From Minisyncoccota bacterium (GTDB lineage: Bacteria; Patescibacteriota; Minisyncoccia; Phycocordibacterales; UBA6065): 64,000 nt of DNA. The translations under genes and the position numbers were made by a program. Under the pieces are notes generated by a model. The model saw nothing but the letters and a program-made list of their open reading frames with translations. It made no database searches and was not told the origin of the DNA. The stretch lies in contig DAORIX010000002.1 in NCBI GenBank assembly GCA_035438745.1, positions 1,830 to 65,829 on the forward strand. The letters run 5' to 3'. Below, piece after piece: positions 38,311 through 46,739 of the stretch (its first letter is position 1; each line of letters starts with the position of its first letter).

Positions 38311-38445
38311 AAAAAACCTGCCACAGGTAGAGGCCTAAGCCTCTCATACCGGTTTCCCGATATGGCGAGTTAAGCGACCCTATGACAGGCTCTTTATGCT
38401 TAACTCGACTTCTGACCATGCCACTGATGACTCAGTAGTTTAGGT
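38311..38445 (-). ncRNA. C4-like antisense RNA structure with upstream complementary target sites
   Basis: Closing stem CCTGTCATAGG/CCTGTGGCAGG, hairpins CATATCGG-GAAA-CCGGTATG and GAGGC-TTAG-GCCTC; GCTTAACTCG and TTAGG complementary to upstream CGAGTTAAGC and CCTAA. Confidence 0.6.
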
Positions 38446-38635
38446 ACTTTTTCATATTCAATTGTCTCCTTCACTCTACCATCACTTCCCTCAAATACAA
38501 AAGAGTTTAAAAAAATGGGAGGGGGGGCAAAAATGCTAGCAAATGCAATCATGAAAATGATAGCATTTCGAAAACTTATTAGCCCACCTAAACTTACTTA
38601 AAAATATATGTATAATTGACCCATACAGAGCTGAA

Positions 38636-39346
38636 ATGAAACCTCAAGAAAGAGCTGATTATGAGATATGGTGGGTACTACAAGAGATTAAAAAAGAGTG
38701 TTTGATTTTAAGATCAGACCATTTTGTTGTTAGAAAAGACACGCCTTTTGAAATAACTCATACCCATACAGACACGGCCCCCACACATAAAACACAAACA
38801 AAGATTTTATATAGACTTCATGAACTAGGGACAGTTATTATTGACGTATTGCCTATAGGTGTCGAAACAGAGATCGTCTTTGTCGATGGTATCCCTTCTT
38901 TAGCGAAAAAAGAAAAACAATCATACAATCCTGAATTATCGATAAAGGTAATTCAACCAAAGTTTGAACAAACATATAGTGAGTATGCAGGTTTATTGTC
39001 AACAACTGTAGATAATAAAAGTTTAAAAGGTAGAAAAATCATATATGATGAGACAAAGCAAATTATTTTTATCGATGCAATACCCTGTCCGCTCGTGCCC
39101 TCACGTAACGAAAGCGATCTTGCAAAAGTAATGTTTAAAAAAGAGATTGGACAATTTGTAGACTGGTCAATCCTCTACGAAGAAATAACTGGTATCGAAG
39201 CTCTAGGAACAGATAAAAAAAATCAGAAAAGACAAAAAATGCTTAGGGATACCAAAGATAGATTAAACAAACATATAAAACATGTGGCTAACACCGAAGA
39301 CAATCTTTTAAGTTGGAAAAATAAAAGTATTTCGAGAAACTACTAA
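38636..39346 (+). CDS. Hypothetical protein, possible C-terminal winged-helix regulator
   Basis: C-terminal W..LYE.I.......LRD...RLN pattern resembling OmpR-like wHTH; divergent from the C4-led unit. Confidence 0.55.
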   Translation: MKPQERADYEIWWVLQEIKKECLILRSDHFVVRKDTPFEITHTHTDTAPTHKTQTKILYRLHELGTVIIDVLPIGVETEIVFVDGIPSLAKKEKQSYNPELSIKVIQPKFEQTYSEYAGLLSTTVDNKSLKGRKIIYDETKQIIFIDAIPCPLVPSRNESDLAKVMFKKEIGQFVDWSILYEEITGIEALGTDKKNQKRQKMLRDTKDRLNKHIKHVANTEDNLLSWKNKSISRNY

Positions 39347-39392
39347 CAACAATCAGAAGTGATTCGCAGGTGAGTCACCACTCACACTGCTA

Positions 39393-39425
39393 AAGTCGAG
39401 GCACGAAAGCTTCGGCTTTTGTTTT
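39393..39425 (+). terminator. Intrinsic terminator
   Basis: aagtcgagg-cacgaaag-cttcggctt followed by T-run. Confidence 0.6.
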
Positions 39426-39437
39426 AGTTAGTTATTT

Positions 39438-39617
39438 ATGTCAGAAAAACAAATCAAAACAAATGTCGAAAAAGACTGCCAGATTATAGAGCTATTAGAG
39501 TTCTTTGAACTTTTAGCGCGGTTTGATTATGAGGATAAACAAAAATCAGAAGCCAAGACAGACTCTTTAGAATCAGCTCCTAAAGAGTCTGTCTTGGGGT
39601 CGGATATAAAAAAATAA
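39438..39617 (+). CDS. Small protein (59 aa) upstream of rep/recombinase, not in ORF track
   Basis: MSEKQIKTNVEKDCQIIELLEFFELLARFDYEDKQKSEAKTDSLESAPKESVLGSDIKK*. Confidence 0.5.
   Translation: MSEKQIKTNVEKDCQIIELLEFFELLARFDYEDKQKSEAKTDSLESAPKESVLGSDIKK
39553..39597. repeat. Perfect 18-bp inverted repeat
   Basis: ccaagacagactctttag-aatcagctc-ctaaagagtctgtcttgg. Confidence 0.85.
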
Positions 39618-39628
39618 TTACAATAATC

Positions 39629-40135
39629 ATGGCAAAAAAAAGAATAATTAACACTCGGTTCTGGGTAGATGAATACATATCAAGGCTCGATCCTATAGAA
39701 AAACTGCTATTTCTATATTTTTTAACAAATCCCTCTACAGAGATATGTGGAATATATGAAATACCCTTGAAAACTGTCGCCACCGATACCGGTATCGACA
39801 AAGATATGGTAGAAAAAATAATTAAAAGGTTTAGTAAAGATAATAAAATTTACTACAAGAAAGGTTGGATTGCGATAAAAAATTTTACGAAGCACCAAAC
39901 CCTAAATCCAAGCGTAAAGACAGGAATAGGAATATGTGTTTCTAAGGCCCCTAAATTCATGTTAAAGAAGGTCAATCTGCCCCCAGACTGTGTACACTCT
40001 CCAGGCAACATCACGCATGTTAATCCAAACCCAAATCCTAAAAATAAATCTAAAATGGACACAGACACCAAGCGTCATTTAATACTTAGAAAAGAAATTG
40101 ATGAAATAGTTAACCAAAAAAGAACAATTCCTTAA
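39629..40135 (+). CDS. Phage-type replication initiator / replisome organizer-like protein
   Basis: R.I...FW.D....L...EK.LFLY.LTNP....CGIY.I...A.DTG N-terminal HTH, I.NF.KHQ. Confidence 0.7.
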   Translation: MAKKRIINTRFWVDEYISRLDPIEKLLFLYFLTNPSTEICGIYEIPLKTVATDTGIDKDMVEKIIKRFSKDNKIYYKKGWIAIKNFTKHQTLNPSVKTGIGICVSKAPKFMLKKVNLPPDCVHSPGNITHVNPNPNPKNKSKMDTDTKRHLILRKEIDEIVNQKRTIP

Positions 40136-40156
40136 ATATTTGATAAAATTACATCA

Positions 40157-41761
40157 ATGAGAAATAAAGCTATTACTTATTGTAGAGTATCCTCTAAAGA
40201 ACAAGAAGAAACTGGTTATTCTCTTGATGCTCAAGAAAAACTATTAAAAGAGTATGCTGAAAAAAAAGAATGTGAGGTCACTAAGGTGTTTCGTATCTCT
40301 GAATCCGCAAGTGGAAAACAAATCAGGAAAACATTTAACGAAATGCTCGCTTACATGGAGAAAAACCACGTACCTGTTTTACTCTGTGAAAAAATAGATC
40401 GCCTTACCAGAAACCTAAAGGATGCCGCGACTGTCAGTGACTGGTTACAAGCTGATCCTATACGAGAAATTCACTTTGTTAAAGAAAACTTTGTAGTAAA
40501 CAAAAATACTCGTGCTCATGAAAATCTTGTTTGGGACATGAAGGTTGCCATTGCGCGCTTCTATACAAACAATCTATCAGAAGAGGTTAAAAAGGGGCAA
40601 GCAGAGAAAATTTCACAAGGCGGCCTCCCTACTAAACCACCTATTGGATACAAGACTATTGGAGAAAAAGGCCACAAGGTCCATGTTTTAGATCCGGACA
40701 AAGCACCTTTTGTAAAAAGAATGTTTGATCTTTACGCTACTGGGAACTACTCAATGACCAGCCTCAGAGAAGAGTTACATACGGAGGGTTTTCGAATGAG
40801 ATCCGGAAAAAAGGTTATGAAAAGTAAATTTGAGCAAATGCTTAAAGACCCTTTCTATTACGGTGCTTTGAGATGGAATGATGTCATATATCACAATGGA
40901 ACACATGAACCGATTATCTCAAAAGAAACGTTTGATAAAGTTCAAGATATAAGAACAAAGAAAAAAGCACCTAGTTACTCAAGACATTCTTTTCAGTTTA
41001 GAAAGATGTTCAAGTGTGGAGAATGTGGTGGAAGCGTCACCGCTGAAATACAAAAAAACATCGTCTATTACCATTGTAATCATTATCGACCTTGCTCTCA
41101 AAAGAAATACACTCCTGAGGAAAAGCTTGAAGAGAAATTATTTGGTGTATTCAAGTTTTTTGAAACCATTACAGTAGAAGAAGCAGAAGAAATAAAGGCC
41201 AAAATCAAGCTAAACCACTGCCAGGAAATCGAATATAAGGAAAACACCATTAAAGCCCTGAACGAACGGTATAACACGCTACAAAGACGGTTAGACAACC
41301 TTTATAACGACAAGCTCGATGAGAAAATCACACGCGAGTTCTGGGAAAAGAAGCAAGCTGAAATAACAAATGAGCAAAAAGCTATTCAGGACCAGCTTTC
41401 TCGCCTCAAAGGCGAAGAAGCGAAGTATTTTGAAATCTGGCTCAACATCCTAGATCTCGCTCGTCGAGCCGGCGAGATCTACAAGAAACGATCACCAGAG
41501 GAGAGGCGTTTACTTTTGAGTCATATTTTTTCGAACCTGGTCCTAAAAGACGAAACAGTGACTCCTACTCTCAAAGCTCCAGTCCAGAAACTTGCTGAAC
41601 GTGTCCAACAACGACTAGACGCCGAAAAGACTTTCGAACCAGATAAAAACGGCTCTATAAAAACACAAAAAGGTGCTCTCGCACCCCTTGTGTCCAACTA
41701 TGCTCCGGGAGAAGGGATCGAACCTTCGACCAATCGCTTACGCTTACCCTCTCATTACTGA
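40157..41761 (+). CDS. Large serine recombinase (integrase)
   Basis: YCRVSS.EQ, SL..Q, ESAS, DRL.RN, PP.GY, P.Y.G, H.PIIS, C..C / YY.C..C zinc ribbon, coiled coil; last 18 codons are antisense to tRNA exon 2 and intron end. Confidence 0.95.
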   Translation: MRNKAITYCRVSSKEQEETGYSLDAQEKLLKEYAEKKECEVTKVFRISESASGKQIRKTFNEMLAYMEKNHVPVLLCEKIDRLTRNLKDAATVSDWLQADPIREIHFVKENFVVNKNTRAHENLVWDMKVAIARFYTNNLSEEVKKGQAEKISQGGLPTKPPIGYKTIGEKGHKVHVLDPDKAPFVKRMFDLYATGNYSMTSLREELHTEGFRMRSGKKVMKSKFEQMLKDPFYYGALRWNDVIYHNGTHEPIISKETFDKVQDIRTKKKAPSYSRHSFQFRKMFKCGECGGSVTAEIQKNIVYYHCNHYRPCSQKKYTPEEKLEEKLFGVFKFFETITVEEAEEIKAKIKLNHCQEIEYKENTIKALNERYNTLQRRLDNLYNDKLDEKITREFWEKKQAEITNEQKAIQDQLSRLKGEEAKYFEIWLNILDLARRAGEIYKKRSPEERRLLLSHIFSNLVLKDETVTPTLKAPVQKLAERVQQRLDAEKTFEPDKNGSIKTQKGALAPLVSNYAPGEGIEPSTNRLRLPSHY

Positions 41762-42319
41762 AAGGAGCGGACTATATCATTCTCGTGATCCACCTCTGGA
41801 CCTTACGAGACGAGGGGCTTCCCATCTGCCCCGTGGCAGACAGTACTCCTAAAAAGGATAGTCTCTACACCCTCCCTTCAACCTCACTCAAGATTTACTT
41901 TGAGTTTTCGTCAAAGGGCTCGGCTCGGGATTGCCCACACATGTGGGGTTCCCCGAATTCACCTCGTTTTCGACCAAGCTTTCACTTGGAAGCTGCATGA
42001 TGCCCGCACCAACCTCTCTGTGGCAATTCGCGCACAAAAGAATACATTTATCGAGCTCTGCTTTTACCTTATCCCATGAACGCGTATAACCCTTATCACC
42101 AATCCCGAATCCTTTTTCTTCTTTTTTGATATGGTGAAGTTCTAACGCGCCTTGATATTTATTGTATCCACAGATCTGACATTTGCCTCCTTTGTACTCA
42201 ATAGCCAAAGATTTGATTTTTTTGCGTCTTTTAGAAACCGCACGAATCAAAGCTTCGCGTCGATCGGCATATTTTCTTCTGTCTGGCATTACTTTAATAA
42301 TACCACCAGAAAATCGTTT
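41741..42319 (-). ncRNA. Group I self-splicing intron (579 nt)
   Basis: Exon ends in U, intron ends in G; core elements GAATTCGGGGAA (P), AATCCCGAGCC (Q), GTAGAGACTA (R), GATATAGTCC (S). Confidence 0.92.
41888..42289 (-). CDS. Intron-encoded HNH-type (Zn-finger) homing endonuclease
   Basis: KGGKCQICGY, LELHH, LLCANCHRE. Confidence 0.85.
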   Translation of the reverse strand: MPDRRKYADRREALIRAVSKRRKKIKSLAIEYKGGKCQICGYNKYQGALELHHIKKEEKGFGIGDKGYTRSWDKVKAELDKCILLCANCHREVGAGIMQLPSESLVENEVNSGNPTCVGNPEPSPLTKTQSKS

Positions 42320-42536
42320 ACAGGCGACTGCTCTACCGCTGAGCTATCCCGGAATGTTTTATGTGCTCTATCTGGCTATCAGTTTACTCATAGCCAGAAC
42401 AAAACCTTAAAACACAGAGTACTAAACTTATGAATCCTACGCCTCCTTCCGAGCTTCTACCTATACATAACCGGAATGTTCTGTATCATAGCAAATTATA
42501 GACATGAAGCAATAAAGCCACCGCCCTACCCTCACC

Positions 42537-43061
42537 CTACATTTTTTTCAACTCAAGTGATGACAAAATCTTGTAAAAATCAGTACGAATCATATCGCTC
42601 TTTGCTTTATACGAAACAGTAAAAACATAGACCCGAGAACCAACTTCTACTGCAAAAGCATCGCCGTTAAATGCTCCCGCCCACTCATACGTGAGTGCAG
42701 GAAATCCGGACAGAGTTGTCCTTTTAAAAGAACCCTTTGATGCTACCCACGAATCTTCTCGCCTGAGAGTAAGCCACTGATCGAGCGTACTCGCATCGCT
42801 TTTTTCATACACCCGCACAGCAATTGAAGGCACATTGTCTCGATTGAGTGTCTGTCCTTGCTTAATAGTACTCTCAGTGAGTGTTACGGTATGTCCCGAT
42901 TTATCTATAGTAAAACTATCATCAAGAAAATACTTCGATGGATAGGTGAAAAAGATAGAATTGTCTTCTGTTCGATACTCTTTTGCAATAGTTTGAGAAA
43001 AATATTTTCCTGCAAAAATACCAATACCGAGCACAAACAAAATAACAATAAAAGTTTTCAT
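42537..43061 (-). CDS. Secreted PsbP/DcrB-like protein
   Basis: N-terminal TM, F.YP motif, l.G.PA, F.KILSS C-terminus. Confidence 0.55.
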   Translation of the reverse strand: MKTFIVILFVLGIGIFAGKYFSQTIAKEYRTEDNSIFFTYPSKYFLDDSFTIDKSGHTVTLTESTIKQGQTLNRDNVPSIAVRVYEKSDASTLDQWLTLRREDSWVASKGSFKRTTLSGFPALTYEWAGAFNGDAFAVEVGSRVYVFTVSYKAKSDMIRTDFYKILSSLELKKM

Positions 43062-43151
43062 AAAAATGATTCTAATTTATTTTCTATAAGTATAACATTT
43101 ACCCACAGATACTTTGACTCAAAGGGTGCCACATGGTATAATTGACTTTAT

Positions 43152-44141
43152 ATGAGAACAGTGTTGAAACACTATTTTGTTCCCCACGCGGATAATGAGT
43201 ACGCACCCCATTTTTTCCGCGACACCTGTCTAACTTTTTTTGCGATCATAACTATCGCTCTCCTCTCCCTCTCTGTTGCAGGATCATTTGCTGCAAAGGA
43301 GACAGGACTTTTGGGCGCTATCTATTCATCAGTACTTGTAGACCTCGCAAACCAAAATCGAGAAGAAACCAATCTCAAAACCCTCACCATAAACCCTGTA
43401 CTCGAGAGAGCCGCTTCGCTCAAAGTCGATGACATGATTCAAAAAGGTTATTTTGCACACCAGAGCCCTGATGGTATCACTCCATGGTACTGGCTCAGCA
43501 AAGCAGGCTATTCATTTATATACGCAGGTGAAAATCTCGCCATTCACTTTACCGAGTCAGAAGCAGTAAATCAGGCATGGATGGCCTCTCCCGGACACCG
43601 TGCAAATATTTTAAACAAAAACTTCAGTGAAATCGGAATCGCGGTCCGTGACGGTTTTTATAACGGAAGAAACACAACATTTGTTGTCCAAATGTTTGGT
43701 AAGCCTACCTATCTCAGCGAGAAACATACTCCCAAGACTCTCTCCTACGAAGACAACACTGTTCCCAACGTCAAAGGTGAGTCTATAGAGATCCTCGAAC
43801 AGACACAAAACGACACACAAACAGAATCCTTTATTTTTGCAAAGAACACCGCCCTCGAAGAAAATATCGAACTCGTTGGAGAAATGACTGCCCCTCAAGA
43901 GAAAAAAACATATTCATCGTGGTTTGAGCGCCTTGTCATGCGTTTTCCTAAAATAATTGAAAATATGTACATTACGCTCGGTACACTCGTTGCCCTCGCA
44001 ATTCTCGTCCTTGTTTCAATCGAAATCAAACACCAGCATCCAAAACATCTCGCCTACGGTCTCCTCATACTCGTACTCATCGGAGGATCACTCTACGTAC
44101 ACAACACTACAGAGCTCGCGCAACTCGCTCGACTCCTCTAA
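43152..44141 (+). CDS. CAP/SCP domain membrane protein
   Basis: N..R, L..AA..K..DM...YF.H.SP.G, AGENLA, WM.SPGHRANIL, VVQMFG; C-terminal TMs. Confidence 0.92.
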   Translation: MRTVLKHYFVPHADNEYAPHFFRDTCLTFFAIITIALLSLSVAGSFAAKETGLLGAIYSSVLVDLANQNREETNLKTLTINPVLERAASLKVDDMIQKGYFAHQSPDGITPWYWLSKAGYSFIYAGENLAIHFTESEAVNQAWMASPGHRANILNKNFSEIGIAVRDGFYNGRNTTFVVQMFGKPTYLSEKHTPKTLSYEDNTVPNVKGESIEILEQTQNDTQTESFIFAKNTALEENIELVGEMTAPQEKKTYSSWFERLVMRFPKIIENMYITLGTLVALAILVLVSIEIKHQHPKHLAYGLLILVLIGGSLYVHNTTELAQLARLL

Positions 44142-44250
44142 CGTAAATCAAATGCAAACAAGTTGCATTTACTAAAAATCTGTGCTACTTTAGCCAACAG
44201 AAAGATAAGACATTGTGTCTTATCTATGAGCACCTTCAATAACGAGCACT

Positions 44251-45009
44251 ATGTGTAAAACATACGACGGAGACCGAACCCAGCTACCTATACACAAAAA
44301 AGGACTGAATGCAGTACTCAACATCTACTCATCACGAGTAACCGAGGGAGTCCCCCTCCCCGAAAAAGTTGTTACTGAATGCTACGGAGCAATGACCGAC
44401 AAACTGCACGTACGTATTATGCATTTTGTCGCACTCATTGATCTCGTGTATCGATACTACAACGATGAGAAAGGACTATGGGGAATGGGACCAGAGCTCT
44501 TGTTCTCTGCCCATCTCCCTAACACCCTCACTCGTTTTCGCTCGAAAGAAATGACAGCACTGCACGACTCATGGTTGTCATTCCAACTCGCAGAAAGGAA
44601 TAGAAAGAAACTCGACAGCATACTCCGAACACACTGTGACTTAGCGCTTGTGTCCCTCTGCTGTTGCGGAAGCAAGGCCGTAGCCTTTGGCGATGCAAAA
44701 CACGCCTTAGAACTATCGGGAGATTTCAACTATGTCCGAACAACTGCCGACATGTATGGACAAGTCGACGAAACAACGGAGCTTGATGACATTCCGAACG
44801 AAGCAATGCCCGATCTACTACGTTCAGCATTCAAAAGAATCATCATCAACGCACACAAGATTGCTCACGCACAGAATGATTGTTTCTGTTGTTCAATCTC
44901 CCCTACGCTCAAAACCGCAGGTGTGATCGACTCAGAAATCAAGCGCGCACAACAAGTTCAGTTGTTCCTCCCAGAACTGTCAAAAACAAAAGAGACGGTA
45001 CTCGTATAA
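44251..45009 (+). CDS. Hypothetical Cys-rich protein
   Basis: 252-aa ORF with upstream promoter-like elements; LCCCG and CFCC clusters. Confidence 0.6.
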   Translation: MCKTYDGDRTQLPIHKKGLNAVLNIYSSRVTEGVPLPEKVVTECYGAMTDKLHVRIMHFVALIDLVYRYYNDEKGLWGMGPELLFSAHLPNTLTRFRSKEMTALHDSWLSFQLAERNRKKLDSILRTHCDLALVSLCCCGSKAVAFGDAKHALELSGDFNYVRTTADMYGQVDETTELDDIPNEAMPDLLRSAFKRIIINAHKIAHAQNDCFCCSISPTLKTAGVIDSEIKRAQQVQLFLPELSKTKETVLV

Positions 45010-45070
45010 GGAACACAGCTGTGAATGGACAAACACATTCACAGCTTTTTTATAAAAAAGAAAAAATACT

Positions 45071-45901
45071 ATGATAATAGGATTCTTAGGAAAAGGAGGA
45101 AGCGGAAAATCAACACTTTCCACTCATTTCACAAAATACTTAGCACAAAAAAAGTATATGGTACTTGCTATTGATGGTGACCACAACATGGATATGAGTT
45201 ATCTTTTGGGAAACAAAAACTCATCTACCCCATATCTAGGAAACGGCCTCGGTGACTTGCTCGAGTACAAAAACAAAAAATATGCACATTATAGTGATAT
45301 GCTTTTTGACGATGAAAGGCCTCAATTTTCGATACATCCAAAAGATGCTTTTACAAAGAAATATTCTGTAAAAATTTCACGAGGCATTGACCTTATGATA
45401 GGTGGACCCCACACAGACAATGTAAAATTTGGTCAGAGTTGTAGCCATGTACTAACTACACCTCTCAAGTCATACCTACCTTTGGTAAAATTTTCAAAAA
45501 AACAAGCAATCGTGCTCGATGAAAAAGCTGGCTCAGACGGTGCAGGAACAGGTATTGCGACGGGTTTAACCTTAGCGATTATTTGTGTTGAGCCCACACC
45601 ACAGAGCATAAAAGCAGCAAAACAAATTGCGGAACTGCTCACCTTTTTTGGCACACCATACGAATACATAGTAAATAAATACAAGAAAAATTCTCCTCTT
45701 AACGGCCTAGATAAAAAACCTCTCGCCTTGATCCCATTCTCAGAGCAAGCGACTTCAAAAAAGTTTACCGGTGCAAAAAAAGCGTTTAGTACTATCGAAA
45801 AAAGAGCACTTAATGAAGAGCAAAAAGATACCGAGGCTCGCTTCAAACGAAGTAAACAAAAATTTGAGAGAAACAAAAGCTTCAAAAATACAAATTCGTA
45901 A
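45071..45901 (+). CDS. CooC-like / MinD-family P-loop ATPase
   Basis: GKGGSGKST, AIDGD.N, CSH in place of CxC, D..AG, VEP, NK. Confidence 0.75.
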   Translation: MIIGFLGKGGSGKSTLSTHFTKYLAQKKYMVLAIDGDHNMDMSYLLGNKNSSTPYLGNGLGDLLEYKNKKYAHYSDMLFDDERPQFSIHPKDAFTKKYSVKISRGIDLMIGGPHTDNVKFGQSCSHVLTTPLKSYLPLVKFSKKQAIVLDEKAGSDGAGTGIATGLTLAIICVEPTPQSIKAAKQIAELLTFFGTPYEYIVNKYKKNSPLNGLDKKPLALIPFSEQATSKKFTGAKKAFSTIEKRALNEEQKDTEARFKRSKQKFERNKSFKNTNS

Positions 45902-45956
45902 TAAAAAAAATAAGCTGTCTAGTTGCTTGACCTGTCGAGACTCTATATACTCCTAG

Positions 45957-46115
45957 GTGTTAGCTATCACGCACGATGCGTGACATTCAAAGAAAAAAGA
46001 TTTGAATGTGGAAATGAGGTAAGAAACAAATAGATAGTTTCAATTCCTCTACTGTGCCGCAACGGTAATGCCTGACATCTCATGATGTACAGGACAAGTC
46101 CGGTCGTTAGCTACA
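45957..46115 (+). promoter_or_regulatory. Cobalamin riboswitch (divergent)
   Basis: GGAA.GAGGT..AATTCCTC.ACTGTGCCGCAACGGTAA..AAGTCCG core; promoter TTGCTT-17-TATACT upstream; B12-binding-type genes downstream. Confidence 0.8.
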
Positions 46116-46178
46116 TTTTACAATTCCGAGCAGAAGCGCATACACCATGGTGAGACACCTAAACTCTCCATACCTATC

Positions 46179-46204
46179 CTTCTCTCGCGAGAAGCTTTTT
46201 TATT
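46179..46204 (+). terminator. Leader terminator (riboswitch expression platform)
   Basis: cttctc-tcgc-gagaag-ctttttt before the first gene. Confidence 0.55.
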
Positions 46205-46212
46205 ATCTTATT

Positions 46213-46734
46213 ATGCGTACACATATACAAAAAATAGTAGTAGGCGTTCTGGGTTTAATTATCCTGACTTTTTTACTCCTTGGATCACAAAAAACAAGCC
46301 CTACCGTAGAGAATGAGGTATCGCCCACAACCACGCCCGATATTACAACAAACATCGAGATAAAAAATACCCCTCGAGAATACCCTACTGAAAAAATAAC
46401 TCCAAAAGTTGCAGAAAACCCTCTCAAGGAACCGATAACAGTAACGCTCACCATTCCTCAAAAAACATACGAGACGAGCGTAGAAAACAAATCATCGGTG
46501 TATGACCTCATGGAACACCTCCGAAATACACAAGGGCTACTTTTTGAATCTGAATACTACACAGGCATGGGTTTTTTCATTACATCACTATCAGGTACCA
46601 AGCAAAACCCGAAAAATAGTGACTATTGGACTCTTTATATAAACAACAAGGAATCACAAACCGGAGTGTCCTCTGCCCTTTTGAAAAACGGAGACTCAGT
46701 AGAGTGGAAATTAGAAAACAGAAATAACCTATAA
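46213..46734 (+). CDS. DUF4430 (transcobalamin beta-domain-like) anchored protein
   Basis: TM; SVYD.M, G.FITS..G, YW..YIN, GVS...L..GD.VEW. Confidence 0.85.
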   Translation: MRTHIQKIVVGVLGLIILTFLLLGSQKTSPTVENEVSPTTTPDITTNIEIKNTPREYPTEKITPKVAENPLKEPITVTLTIPQKTYETSVENKSSVYDLMEHLRNTQGLLFESEYYTGMGFFITSLSGTKQNPKNSDYWTLYINNKESQTGVSSALLKNGDSVEWKLENRNNL

Positions 46735-46739
46735 ACATC

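Larger units (their letters stand above)
25857..41705. mobile_element. Integrative element (serine-recombinase, satellite/defective-prophage-like) at tRNA-Asn 3' end
   Basis: GCTC core at 25857-60 and 41702-05; recombinase at the right end reading into the tRNA; left flank carries the tRNA's displaced downstream inverted repeat; rep-like and terS-like genes; toxin cargo. Confidence 0.8.
41703..42353 (-). tRNA. tRNA-Asn(GUU) interrupted by a group I intron at 35/36 (exon1 42353-42320, exon2 41740-41703)
   Basis: Spliced sequence TCCGGGATAGCTCAGCGGTAGAGCAGTCGCCTGT|TAAGCGATTGGTCGAAGGTTCGATCCCTTCTCCCGGAG folds as a cloverleaf with anticodon GTT; no encoded CCA. Confidence 0.93.

Noticed and set aside
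25857-41705. Complete prophage or conjugative element
   Set aside because: No capsid, portal, large terminase, tail, relaxase or T4SS genes recognisable
41785-42000. 71-aa + strand ORF in the intron
   Set aside because: Antisense to the ribozyme core; no coding evidence
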